DNA from: a virus
IMG/VR virus record: IMGVR_UViG_3300048091_000425
Direction: 5' to 3' (one strand)
DNA: 64,000 nucleotides
Part shown: positions 55,260 to 64,000 of the stretch, one piece after another
How the letters are laid out: each line of letters begins with the position of its first letter
Position numbering within the stretch: the first letter of the stretch is position 1
The notes under the pieces: model-generated
What the model was told of the DNA's origin: nothing
What the model saw: only the letters and a program-made list of their open reading frames with translations
Database searches by the model: none
Program-made: the position numbers and the translations under genes

Positions 55260-55643
55260 CTACCAGCCTGGTGGGTACGACGGATAGGAGATCCAGAACG
55301 ATATTGAGCTTGAGGCGTTTGCCGGGCCCCAGATGTAAATCCCGGTGGTGTGTAGGTAATACACCGGCTGATCGTCGATCTGGCCAATCACTTCGGGATT
55401 TCGCCCTCGGCCTTCATAGACTTTGAGGATATCGCAGGCCCTGAAGGTGTCCTCGTAGACATTCTCTGCCACCAGTTGCGCAGGCGTGGCATCGAGGTCG
55501 ACGTCTGGCCTAGGAGTAATCCCCTCGACCTGCTCGAACGCCCGAGCTCGCAGCCAGATCCACCATTCCGGTGGCAATTTCTGGTCAATATGAGTCAGGA
55601 CAATGGTGCGAAAATCAGCAAACTGCTCGGGGGTTATCTGCAA
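55260..55643 (-). CDS. hypothetical protein
   Basis: 127 aa, Trp-rich; start uncertain. Confidence 0.55.
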   Translation of the reverse strand: MQITPEQFADFRTIVLTHIDQKLPPEWWIWLRARAFEQVEGITPRPDVDLDATPAQLVAENVYEDTFRACDILKVYEGRGRNPEVIGQIDDQPVYYLHTTGIYIWGPANASSSISFWISYPSYPPGW

Positions 55644-55717
55644 CTTCAGCGGCTCCAGGAAACGGCAGCACCCTGTAACCAGGGCAATAGGAGTATCTGT
55701 GGTTGATGCTGGGCGAC

Positions 55718-55981
55718 TCAGGCAAAGACTTTCTCAAGCCAGGCATCGTCAACGTCTTCAACGCTCAGGGGTTCTTTGCTGCTCATGAGCTTCTTCACAA
55801 TCGCGGACGTCCAGGGTTGGCTCGCCGCCATCAACTGCTGCGCTTCGCTCAGGGCCTTACGGCACTGATGACCTTTCTCGATTTGGTCGTTGACGGCTGC
55901 GGCCTGGGCCTTGAGGCCTTTGAGTGCGTTATAGGCTTGTTCAGGCAAGGACTTGTCCATCGGGGACACCTCTTTGTTCAA
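55718..55981 (-). CDS. hypothetical protein
   Basis: 87 aa. Confidence 0.55.
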   Translation of the reverse strand: MNKEVSPMDKSLPEQAYNALKGLKAQAAAVNDQIEKGHQCRKALSEAQQLMAASQPWTSAIVKKLMSSKEPLSVEDVDDAWLEKVFA

Positions 55982-56008
55982 ATGGCTTTGACTGGCTCAG
56001 CTGAAGCA

Positions 56009-56221
56009 CTAGCGCTGGTGGAGAATGGTGGCCACGCTAAATATGCCGACCAGTATCAGCACGGTCACAATGTGGGCCATCACACGGGGCGCCTTGAATC
56101 TAAACTTGAGGATCCGGTGGGCGATCAACAGCGTGAACACGGGCGACAGGCTGAGGAGCCCGAGGATTGAGGCCACGTGAGCCGGCAGCAATGTCAACAG
56201 CTGGTCGATGACGCCGCTCAT
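56009..56221 (-). CDS. small 2-TM membrane protein
   Basis: MSGVIDQLL..., 70 aa. Confidence 0.55.
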   Translation of the reverse strand: MSGVIDQLLTLLPAHVASILGLLSLSPVFTLLIAHRILKFRFKAPRVMAHIVTVLILVGIFSVATILHQR

Positions 56222-56436
56222 GCCGCCCTGTCCTCGCTGGCGCTGGTCACCAGCTCGGTCTTGATCAGTTTCTTGGCATCGCGCTTGGCCTGCAGGCGGT
56301 CGTGCTTCGGCGCCTTGGAGTCCTTGCACTTGTGGCCATGGTCAGAACCGGTGCGGGCATCGAGAAACGTACAGATACCGCCGCTGAAGGTGCCTTTGAT
56401 CTTTAGGAAGCTGACGCAGCCACCACAATCAGACAT
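56218..56436 (-). CDS. Cys-rich small protein
   Basis: CGGC...C...C. Confidence 0.55.
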   Translation of the reverse strand: MSDCGGCVSFLKIKGTFSGGICTFLDARTGSDHGHKCKDSKAPKHDRLQAKRDAKKLIKTELVTSASEDRAA

Positions 56437-56992
56437 TGTCCTCTCCTTGAGCCGTAGCAACGATCCCGGTGTCATCCAGGGAGAATTGCATCATGGAACG
56501 GTAAATTTCTTGATCCCTTTTTGGATCGCGCACTAAACCCAGATCAAGCGGTTTCAGGGTCGGAACGGTGTAACTCGGCTGCGGCAGAGTTTCTTTCAGC
56601 AGTTCACCGTTGGCCATCACGAATCGGCCATTGAGCTTGACCTCCCGCATAGCCGATCTGTAGATCGCATTAACGACCTGGTCTGGCACAAACCTGACAC
56701 CCCTCACCTGCAACTCCGCCTGGCGCAGCTGGTGCTTGATGAAGGTCTCATTGCCTTTGATAACAGCGTCGAGGTATTGCTCGAGCCTCTTGCGACCGTC
56801 CTGGGACGGGGTCGTTTGGGGCAGCAGCGAGGAGATCGAGAACGGCATGACACCGATGGTGCCGACTTTAAGCGTCCGCCGCTGTTCAACCCGCTCGCGC
56901 AGGGCAGCAGCATTGAACGGCTTGCCATTAGATCCGGACGAGGTCTTGCCGGTCTTTGAGCCACGGGCATCATCGGTGCTGTGCATGTTCAA
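56429..56992 (-). CDS. hypothetical protein
   Basis: 187 aa. Confidence 0.6.
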   Translation of the reverse strand: MNMHSTDDARGSKTGKTSSGSNGKPFNAAALRERVEQRRTLKVGTIGVMPFSISSLLPQTTPSQDGRKRLEQYLDAVIKGNETFIKHQLRQAELQVRGVRFVPDQVVNAIYRSAMREVKLNGRFVMANGELLKETLPQPSYTVPTLKPLDLGLVRDPKRDQEIYRSMMQFSLDDTGIVATAQGEDNV

Positions 56993-57029
56993 TACCCCTC
57001 ATAAGTTTCAGCGGTTGATCTGTCCAAGC

Positions 57030-57398
57030 TTAATCCCATGTGATGTTCGCTTGAAAGCCTTCGGCTTCCTTCTCGGCAGCATTGATCTCCGCCGTCGTCC
57101 ATTGTTCCGATTTGAGGCCTTGGCGGGAGTGATCGTGCGTGATTTCGCCGCTGCTCCACATCACATCGTACTGCTCATAGGCCGTACCAACGAAGTCGGG
57201 GCTACCGAAGTCGCAAGAACGACGATTGACCGCTACACGGGCAATCTGGCCAATCTCACGGCCCAACGATGGATCGAACAGGGCAACATCGCGGGAGACC
57301 AGCTGGTTTTCGCGGTACGGCTGCTGATCAGGGTCGAGATTGATGGCGTAAGGTAGTCCGGGCATCAGTGAAATTCCGTAAAAGGCAATATTGAGCAT
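57030..57398 (-). CDS. hypothetical protein
   Basis: 122 aa. Confidence 0.6.
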   Translation of the reverse strand: MLNIAFYGISLMPGLPYAINLDPDQQPYRENQLVSRDVALFDPSLGREIGQIARVAVNRRSCDFGSPDFVGTAYEQYDVMWSSGEITHDHSRQGLKSEQWTTAEINAAEKEAEGFQANITWD

Positions 57399-57410
57399 TT
57401 GTTCTTAAAA

Positions 57411-58010
57411 TCAGGCCTTCTGACAGGACTTCAGGTTGTTCAAGTAAGCATAACGACTGCGGACTTCGCCAAGGCGCCCTTCATAACGCGTCTTGAGCGT
57501 GTCAAAGCAGGTGTTCAATTGAGCCACTTGGCTGTCATCCAGAGTGCTGTCTTGTGGTTTGGAGACAAAACGCTCTTGGGCGAAGCTCAGCAGCAACAGT
57601 AGATCCGGGTCTTGCATCGACGTCAGGGCCTGCATCAGGTGGGCATCCTGGTCGCGGGGGGCGCCGGCCTGTGCGTAAGCGGTCATCAGCAGGACATTGG
57701 TCAGCGGCAAGCCCGACTTGGCCATGTCACGCAGCATCAGCACGTCGGCGAAGGTGCCATCCTGCAGATGGTTGAACACCCGAAGTGCATTGCGTTCTGC
57801 GGGAATCCGGGCCTCCATTTTCTCCACGACCTGCTTGTCCACGTAGTGCGAACTAATGGCAGAGGCCATAACGCACACGCCGAAAGTAGCCATCGAGAAA
57901 ATGCTGATGGACGCTACCAGGGACGTATATTTTGGTGAGCTCTGGGCCATGACGTGTACCGGATGTTTTAAGAAGGCGACCAGTATAGACACAAAAACAA
58001 CTTGCATCAA
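57411..58010 (-). CDS. membrane-anchored helical protein
   Basis: N-terminal TM; start probably MAQSSPK. Confidence 0.55.
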   Translation of the reverse strand: MMQVVFVSILVAFLKHPVHVMAQSSPKYTSLVASISIFSMATFGVCVMASAISSHYVDKQVVEKMEARIPAERNALRVFNHLQDGTFADVLMLRDMAKSGLPLTNVLLMTAYAQAGAPRDQDAHLMQALTSMQDPDLLLLLSFAQERFVSKPQDSTLDDSQVAQLNTCFDTLKTRYEGRLGEVRSRYAYLNNLKSCQKA

Positions 58011-58132
58011 TTGACATCATCCGTGGTAAAAAACACCCGCCACCCTTCCCCGTCAGGCTTTCTAGTCCAACCGGACACGCTCATTGGAGGCTTGAAGTGA
58101 GGCCGACCGCTGTTGGCAGCCGGCCAATTCGA

Positions 58133-59056
58133 TCAGCCCTGGACTTTCAATCGCACGAACTCTTTGGAGGCATGCTTAACGGTGATTTCCAGGCGATTCT
58201 CGACCCTCACCGCCTCAGCCGAAACAATGGTCTTGGAGATGAAATTGCGAGCGATGTCGCGATCTGGCCGGCGATCCGTACGCACAACGCCGGATTTCTG
58301 ATCGGTTTCCAGCAGATCAAAAACCTGCATCGTCATATAACCATGATTTTCATAGCATTTTGGCGAGAGATTGTTTTCTTGAGCTTCCTGGATGTAGAAG
58401 GCAGGTAAAGCATCGAGGTATGCCATAAGCGCTTGCTGATCGACGTATTCGTTATCGATCAGAGTCAGATATGCGTCCAACGGCATGTGATCTTTAAACC
58501 ATGCCACTGATAGCACGCAGGCTCCAGCATCACGCATGGAGATTGCGCCAGCGATGAGTGGCTTGAGCATGACCATGGCTCGCGATTGCCAAAATTGCCC
58601 ATCGCCCTGGCCTTCCGCACGGAAAACCCAACCGGTGAAAAAGTCGGTTAGCTCATCGGCAGTGCACGTGCTCCAGCGTACATGCTGATGCGATTTTGCG
58701 AATTTGGCGAGTTTCAGCTGCTCAGCAGTCGAGTACCGAGGACGACTGAAAAAGCGGGTGACGTTGGGGATCAGGTAGTCCTCGCAGTAAGGCCTGATAT
58801 TCAGCCTGACCGACTGCTCGTTGTAACTGACCTCAAACTCGGAGGAATCAAGATCTTTCAAGTCAAACGTGAGAACGGTTGAGTCTGGGGATGAGGAAAC
58901 TTCGAACTGCGGCCAATCAGCCACATCCGCCGCCTTTTCGATGACTTTGGCGGACTCCTTAAGAATCGTTGAGATACCGCTTGCCGACTGCTTTAGCAGC
59001 GTAGAAGTGCCAACAGCCATCAGTTGAACAAACTCTTTTGCGAATGAATTACTCAT
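58133..59056 (-). CDS. Hsp20/alpha-crystallin-like protein with a DotL/IcmO-like helical insertion
   Basis: VLTFDLKDLDSSEFEVSY...SAEAVRVENRLEITVK plus FWQSRA...MRDAG...YLDALP...NHGYMTMQ. Confidence 0.55.
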   Translation of the reverse strand: MSNSFAKEFVQLMAVGTSTLLKQSASGISTILKESAKVIEKAADVADWPQFEVSSSPDSTVLTFDLKDLDSSEFEVSYNEQSVRLNIRPYCEDYLIPNVTRFFSRPRYSTAEQLKLAKFAKSHQHVRWSTCTADELTDFFTGWVFRAEGQGDGQFWQSRAMVMLKPLIAGAISMRDAGACVLSVAWFKDHMPLDAYLTLIDNEYVDQQALMAYLDALPAFYIQEAQENNLSPKCYENHGYMTMQVFDLLETDQKSGVVRTDRRPDRDIARNFISKTIVSAEAVRVENRLEITVKHASKEFVRLKVQG

Positions 59057-59093
59057 GAAGGTTTTTACCTTTCTTGTTGTTTTAGTGGAAGAT

Positions 59094-60047
59094 TTACCAG
59101 TGATATGGGATAGCTGAACTGAGCTCCAGTTTTACGAAGTCGTCTGGGGCCGGGTGTGTTAATTCAACGATTAACATCTTGCCGCGCAAATCAGCCTTGG
59201 CCGAAGAGATTGGCTTTCTCGATGGAAAACAGGCTGATGAACTGAAAATGCGCTCACGACGGTACTTGCCAACGCCAGGCGCGTGGTCACGCATAAGGCC
59301 GACCAGTTGCATCAGGACGTAGCCGTGAATCGAGTAGGCCTTTGGCTGTGACTCTGACGGACTTCCTCGCCTGTACCCCGGCAAAGCGTCCAGATACAGC
59401 TTGAATTCGTCAGCATTAAACGACGGTGGGCAGTCGCCCGTGCTGTATTGCTCATACACATCAAGGATCAGATGCTCGAAGAACATTTCAGTGGTGAGCC
59501 TCACGCGGTGCGTATCCCGAAGCCGAATCAATCCCTCGGCCACCGGGGTAACCAGCAGTTTCACTAGATCAGGGAAATTCTGGCTTACGGAAAGCTCCAA
59601 TTCTTCAAACCATCCCGAAATGAGCGCGATCAACTCTGAAGCTCTGCAGTCAGCCCAATGCAGCTCCAAGTTATTCTCCAGGTGGGTGCGCTCACGCACA
59701 GAGAGCTTCTTGTCGGTTTTTCCTAACTTGGCAGGGATCAAAAAACCATGGCAAACAGGATCAACCTCAATCCAGAGCTGCTTGCTGTTGTAGCTCATCC
59801 GCAACTCAGAAGGATCGATATCACCCACCTTGATGGAAAAAATGCTCTTTCCATCGAGATACTCGAACTGGTTTAGGTCGTTTCCCGCACCAGCAGTATC
59901 GACTAACAGATCAGGTAGATTTCTATCATTCATCCAGGGGATTCCGCGAATATTTCGGTGCACTATACCACGGAGATATTGCGAAAGAATTGCCACAGGG
60001 GTGACGGTCAAATACCCGTCAAATAGAAATTCTGGCTCAAAGGTCAA
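59094..60047 (-). CDS. paralog of 58133-59056 (start uncertain, possibly MNDRNL)
   Basis: FSIKVGDIDPSELRMSY...SAKADLRGKMLIV plus LRD...YLDALPGY...HGYVLMQL. Confidence 0.55.
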   Translation of the reverse strand: MTFEPEFLFDGYLTVTPVAILSQYLRGIVHRNIRGIPWMNDRNLPDLLVDTAGAGNDLNQFEYLDGKSIFSIKVGDIDPSELRMSYNSKQLWIEVDPVCHGFLIPAKLGKTDKKLSVRERTHLENNLELHWADCRASELIALISGWFEELELSVSQNFPDLVKLLVTPVAEGLIRLRDTHRVRLTTEMFFEHLILDVYEQYSTGDCPPSFNADEFKLYLDALPGYRRGSPSESQPKAYSIHGYVLMQLVGLMRDHAPGVGKYRRERIFSSSACFPSRKPISSAKADLRGKMLIVELTHPAPDDFVKLELSSAIPYHW

Positions 60048-60114
60048 TAAATTCGAGGCTTGGGAGATTTTTTTGAGTGGCCAATCAAATAGCCGTCAAA
60101 CAACTTCTGGAGGC

Positions 60115-60390
60115 TCAACCAGCGCGAAGCACCGGCCACGATTGAAGCGCTTGCTCGGCATCTTTAAAGATACGTGAGAGTCGCAGGGAGCCGCTGTCGC
60201 TGACGCTGACGCTGGCACTTGGGGATCGGGATTGGTTGTAGAGCCTGGTGATCAGGCTGAAGCAGGCTTTGGCGCCCGCCTCGTTGCCCTGTGCCAGGTC
60301 ACGCAGCAACACCTGCAGCTCGTTGCCGACAATGGCGATCAGGGACTGCTCCCGCAGCGGCAGCCCCTCGCCCACCGCGACCAGACTCAA
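60115..60390 (-). CDS. hypothetical protein
   Basis: 91 aa, coupled. Confidence 0.5.
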   Translation of the reverse strand: MSLVAVGEGLPLREQSLIAIVGNELQVLLRDLAQGNEAGAKACFSLITRLYNQSRSPSASVSVSDSGSLRLSRIFKDAEQALQSWPVLRAG

Positions 60391-60641
60391 GAGGCCAGGC
60401 GTTCCGGCTGTGCCGCTTTCGCCTGGAGGGCGCTTTCGAACCAGACGGCGTCAGGGGTCAGAAAGTCGGTGACATCGGTATTGCCGGATACACCAATCCA
60501 GCGGTCGCCAACGAAGCGGCAGGCCATCGCCAGAGGCTGGTCACGTTGGTAATCCTGCAACACGACAACGCGGTTATCGTTCGGCACTTCTTCGTTGATT
60601 TTGAACACTTCCATGGTTACTTCCTCATATTGAAGGTACAA
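60387..60641 (-). CDS. phage-like (DUF551-type) protein
   Basis: KINEEVPNDNRVVVL...W. Confidence 0.5.
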   Translation of the reverse strand: MYLQYEEVTMEVFKINEEVPNDNRVVVLQDYQRDQPLAMACRFVGDRWIGVSGNTDVTDFLTPDAVWFESALQAKAAQPERLAS

Positions 60642-60674
60642 ACTGCTTACTGCGTGGGTGATCAGGCCGGCGAA

Positions 60675-60989
60675 TTAGCCCCAGCCAAAGTGTTTGGTAA
60701 CAACCTGCATCTGGTCGTACACCGCGTCGTTGTATTCGTCCCAGCCGTCGGGGTCGTCGTCGAACTCCACAGCCGGGGCCGTTGGCATCACCAGTCCCCA
60801 GGTTTCGATGACGATTTGCTCGATCCCCTTACCGTCATGGGATTTCAAGTCCATACAGCCGCCGCTGTCGATGTCCCTGTCGCGGTACGGCTCCATCAGA
60901 ACAGACAGCAGATCCTTGTCCAACTTACCGAGGTCGTACGCAGCAACCACTGATGCCTCGAAAGCGGTGTAGCTCTTATTGCATCCCAT
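60675..60989 (-). CDS. acidic hypothetical protein
   Basis: 104 aa. Confidence 0.6.
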   Translation of the reverse strand: MGCNKSYTAFEASVVAAYDLGKLDKDLLSVLMEPYRDRDIDSGGCMDLKSHDGKGIEQIVIETWGLVMPTAPAVEFDDDPDGWDEYNDAVYDQMQVVTKHFGWG

Positions 60990-61043
60990 TGCGGTTCCCC
61001 ATTTACCAGCAGGTGGTTTCTGTCAGTCCACCAAGCGCGTAAA

Positions 61044-61265
61044 TCAGCCCGTAGATACCCGGCGTACCATGAAGGCAGGCCTCGCATCACTGATGATTGG
61101 CTTGGCCTTCAAACGACCCTTGGCTACCGAGAACTGGATGCTTTGGATTGCGCCATCAACGGTGCAATGCGTGATGAGGTTACGAGACTGCACCGATAAC
61201 GCGAAGGTACGAGCGCCGCTCTCTACGGAGTATCCCATCGCTCGAAGCTGTTCCAAGATGTTCAT
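61044..61265 (-). CDS. hypothetical protein
   Basis: 73 aa with AGGA RBS. Confidence 0.5.
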   Translation of the reverse strand: MNILEQLRAMGYSVESGARTFALSVQSRNLITHCTVDGAIQSIQFSVAKGRLKAKPIISDARPAFMVRRVSTG

Positions 61266-61312
61266 CCAACGTGTTCCTGTCTTTGAATGTCAATTTTATG
61301 AATAAGTTGAAT

Positions 61313-61882
61313 TTAGCCTTTCGGCCTGCGGGTCAGCATCCAGGCACCGGCCACCACCACGAACAACGCGGCAAAGGTATAGCCGCCAACGCCCAGCAGT
61401 ACCCAGTTTACTTTCGTTGCACTGACATACGGCAGGCAGAGAAAACCGACGCTCATGACTGCCAAATTGCTGTACACAACCCGGTACAGAACTTTGAAGC
61501 TGACGACCTTGCGGGCGATCTGCACTCGCTTGCTCAACCAGCTCTGATTTTTCTGGCCGCGCTCAAGCGGCACCGGCGAGCCAGACGTCATAGCCCTGTC
61601 CACATAGCTGGCCAGGATGTAACGATTCATGTGTCGAAACGGCTCAGGCATCTTCAACGACGGGTAGACCGATTCACACCAGTGCAGTTCTTCGGCAGAC
61701 ACGTGCTTGGACAAGCGATAGATCAACCACATGCACAGCACGTAGGCGATCAGGATCGTGGCCACCGACATGACCGCCAGCGCCAGGCTCAGCTGTGGGG
61801 GCGCCCATGGAGCCAGGCCTAACGCGCAAAGAATGGCAAGAAACATCGGGATGACTGCGCTGTACTTGAGTATGGTCGCCAT
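61313..61882 (-). CDS. 4-TM membrane protein
   Basis: Two pairs of hydrophobic helices; start MATILKY preferred. Confidence 0.6.
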   Translation of the reverse strand: MATILKYSAVIPMFLAILCALGLAPWAPPQLSLALAVMSVATILIAYVLCMWLIYRLSKHVSAEELHWCESVYPSLKMPEPFRHMNRYILASYVDRAMTSGSPVPLERGQKNQSWLSKRVQIARKVVSFKVLYRVVYSNLAVMSVGFLCLPYVSATKVNWVLLGVGGYTFAALFVVVAGAWMLTRRPKG

Positions 61883-61991
61883 CTTGGCCACCCACCCTTC
61901 GAAGCGCAGTAGCACCGGGGCGCGTTGACCGAACCCCAGCAAGGACTTGGGGAGAATCCCCAACACCTGGAAATACCTGAACATCAATAAA

Positions 61992-62255
61992 TCACCCATG
62001 AGGTTGCACTCTGGCGGAATTTTCCCACATCCAGGACAAAAGGTCTTCCGGGGTGATCCACAGATCAAACGAGCGACCCGGTTCTTTTTCGCAGTAAAAA
62101 TGCACCGACCAACCTTTGGCGGCCTGTTCCGTTTCATAGATCTCGAAACGAACAACGGGCCCTTTTTGGTCGAGCACGTAGTTGTTCAGCGGATCTGCCA
62201 TGTAGGCTTTGATCAGCTTTTCAAATTGCTCGTGTTTGATCGGGTATGCCGACAT
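61992..62255 (-). CDS. hypothetical protein
   Basis: 87 aa. Confidence 0.55.
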   Translation of the reverse strand: MSAYPIKHEQFEKLIKAYMADPLNNYVLDQKGPVVRFEIYETEQAAKGWSVHFYCEKEPGRSFDLWITPEDLLSWMWENSARVQPHG

Positions 62256-62334
62256 GTCCGTATCCTGCCTGGTGCCTTGATGTCATTTCAACATTAAGCG
62301 TAAATTGTCAGCTTGTCAAATCCTACAGATACAA

Positions 62335-62364
62335 AAAGGCCCCACCCGAAAGAGTGAGGCCTTT
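62335..62364 (-). terminator. Rho-independent terminator
   Basis: AAAGGCC-C-CAC-loop-GTG-A-GGCCTTT directly after the 62382 stop codon. Confidence 0.6.
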
Positions 62365-62381
62365 CTTTGTGCTCCGATGAC

Positions 62382-63263
62382 CTACCCGCCGCAGAGAGCG
62401 CCTCTGTCATCCACCGGGTTGGCAGCCGCGTGCTTCACCCATTGCGCGTACAGCGCCTTTTGCTCCTCCGAAGCAAACACCAGGTCAACCTCCTGGGCTC
62501 GTTCAGCGGGCAGAGCATCGCGAATTTGCTCAGTCAACTTGAAGAACTCACTCATATCGCCAGCTTTGCCGTCGAGGTAAGTCAACTCGCAGGCGGAAGA
62601 GCTGATTTCGCCCATCGCTCCATCTGTACTGGCCAAAACGGCGGAATGTTGGGACATAGGATTCACATCTTCCACTTTTCCAAGTGCCGACACGAACTCA
62701 AACTCCCCGACCAGCACGCTGATTTCGTCGCCGTCGTCATCCAGCACCAGCATCGACTCATGCTCGTCCGGGGCTTCGTGGATCAGGTAGTCACTGTCGA
62801 TGGTCATCCGGGCGTGGCACCAGCGATCCTCGTCACCGCCGCTGCCCAAGTAACGCACGGTGTCGCCGACCGCCCACACGCGCCAATCAACAACTGGCCG
62901 GATTGGCAATTCAGGTGCTTTATCGGACGTCGCCTGCGGTTTCGCAGCTGCACAGTTTTGGCAAACACCGCCGCTGGCATCCATGAACCCAGCGTCCAAA
63001 GAGCCTTTCGGGTAGCCATCGCCACAACCGCACCAGATCATTTCGGACTGGGCAGACGTGCAACTGTGGCACACCCCCTTATTCGCCAACATGTACCCGG
63101 CGTTGTAGCTGTCTGGCGGATAGTGCTTCGAGCACTGAGCGCACTTTACACCGATGATCGATGCAACCGACGGTAAAGGGACTGCATGACAACCACCATG
63201 GGGAGCGCACATGCCAGGCGTTTGGCAACGCATCATCGACGTCCTGCAGATCAGATCAGTCAT
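62382..63263 (-). CDS. Cys-rich mosaic protein with duplicated zinc-finger module
   Basis: C..C...YP..S..AG[YF]M.A..GVC..C occurs twice. Confidence 0.65.
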   Translation of the reverse strand: MTDLICRTSMMRCQTPGMCAPHGGCHAVPLPSVASIIGVKCAQCSKHYPPDSYNAGYMLANKGVCHSCTSAQSEMIWCGCGDGYPKGSLDAGFMDASGGVCQNCAAAKPQATSDKAPELPIRPVVDWRVWAVGDTVRYLGSGGDEDRWCHARMTIDSDYLIHEAPDEHESMLVLDDDGDEISVLVGEFEFVSALGKVEDVNPMSQHSAVLASTDGAMGEISSSACELTYLDGKAGDMSEFFKLTEQIRDALPAERAQEVDLVFASEEQKALYAQWVKHAAANPVDDRGALCGG

Positions 63264-63511
63264 GTCTGCTCTCCTCCGTCACCCTTCGCCCTTTCAGCGA
63301 TATAAGCCTCGCACCTGGTCACTTCGGCCAGCGCCAGCTCGATACCTGCCTTGTAGGCGGCGCGGGCGAGCATCCACTTGTCCTCGACCAGCACTTGCTG
63401 CCGCCCTGGTTCCAGCTCCAGAAACCAATCGTTCACATCGCGTTTCAACAGCTGCTCTACTATGATTTTGCAGGCCGTAATTGCATCTTCGGCGTTCACT
63501 GGCTTGCTCAT
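63260..63511 (-). CDS. hypothetical protein
   Basis: 83 aa, coupled. Confidence 0.55.
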   Translation of the reverse strand: MSKPVNAEDAITACKIIVEQLLKRDVNDWFLELEPGRQQVLVEDKWMLARAAYKAGIELALAEVTRCEAYIAERAKGDGGEQT

Positions 63512-63978
63512 TGACCTTGCTCCTGCAGGTAAGCTTGGATGTCATTGACCAGCTTGCTCAGGTTGAAACCTTGATCAGTTCTGGCCGATTTGTCGAACTC
63601 CACTACTCGGGCCAGCAATTGGTTCGCCCTGTCCCCTTGTGGCACGCAACCGCAACGCGCTGGGTGCGCCTGAGGCTGGTCACAGGCCTTGCTCACCCCC
63701 TGCTCTGCTTTGTCAGCAACCGGCACTTCGCTGGAGGTCACCGAGGGCGAGGTACCGGACTGTGGCAGCCTGCCAACCTGAAACACATCCCAGTCATCAA
63801 ACTTGCTCAGCTCTTTGGCGATGGCTTCAGTGACGATGATCGGCTCGCCGCCACTCTTGGCGCAATGGGCAATCCAGCCCCAGGGCTCTTGAGCCGGCGC
63901 TGATTCCAGCAGCAATTTTTTGAGCTTAGAAACCACGGCAGCCTCAGTCATCTGACCAGTGGAGGCTCGGGTGATCAA
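63508..63978 (-). CDS. phage-like hypothetical protein (start may lie near the window edge)
   Basis: AQEPWGWI module. Confidence 0.5.
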   Translation of the reverse strand: MITRASTGQMTEAAVVSKLKKLLLESAPAQEPWGWIAHCAKSGGEPIIVTEAIAKELSKFDDWDVFQVGRLPQSGTSPSVTSSEVPVADKAEQGVSKACDQPQAHPARCGCVPQGDRANQLLARVVEFDKSARTDQGFNLSKLVNDIQAYLQEQGQ

Positions 63979-64000
63979 TTTCCAAAGTTCCGAGGTCGTT

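Noticed and set aside
56009-56221. 2-TM protein as a holin or lysis cassette
   Set aside because: No endolysin, spanin or virion genes in the window.
60008-60100. 16-nt near-identical direct repeat TCAAATA[CG]CCGTCAAA, 77 nt apart
   Set aside because: Only two copies and no hairpin; probably a small local duplication.
1-64000. Intact prophage, tRNA or rRNA genes
   Set aside because: No terminase, capsid, tail or integrase was recognised despite many phage-like early modules; no cloverleaf or rRNA signature was noticed by eye.

Overview
Gene-dense accessory DNA made mostly of short, phage-like hypothetical ORFs. The most likely source is a large gammaproteobacterial (Pseudomonas-like) conjugative plasmid or megaplasmid; this is inference, because the window has no replication, rRNA/tRNA, virion or core conjugation genes. 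Transcription runs in blocks: mostly minus over 1-40.8 kb, plus over 41.4-48.5 kb, and minus again over 48.6-64 kb. Recognisable parts: a solitary HigA fusion, an RNase H1 hybrid-binding-domain protein, a CREST/ceramidase, a Lar-like protein, a double-domain Pth2, a TnpB-only IS200/IS605 element (23982-25272), Rmf-like peptides, a DsbC-like protein with a CxxT site, a complete MazEF/ChpSB pair and a CoaD-CoaE fusion. Main candidates for new biology: (1) a cas-less type I-F-like CRISPR array (5 repeats of 28 nt, 4 spacers of 32 nt) with an I-F-like leader, followed by two toxin-less antitoxins; (2) four tandem mini-secretin genes; (3) two small-heat-shock-fold proteins interrupted by a DotL/IcmO-like helical segment; (4) ten sigma70 promoters sharing a CTAG-centred box; (5) a foldback-rich divergence region at about 41 kb. 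All family assignments come from motif recognition by eye; no database search was possible.
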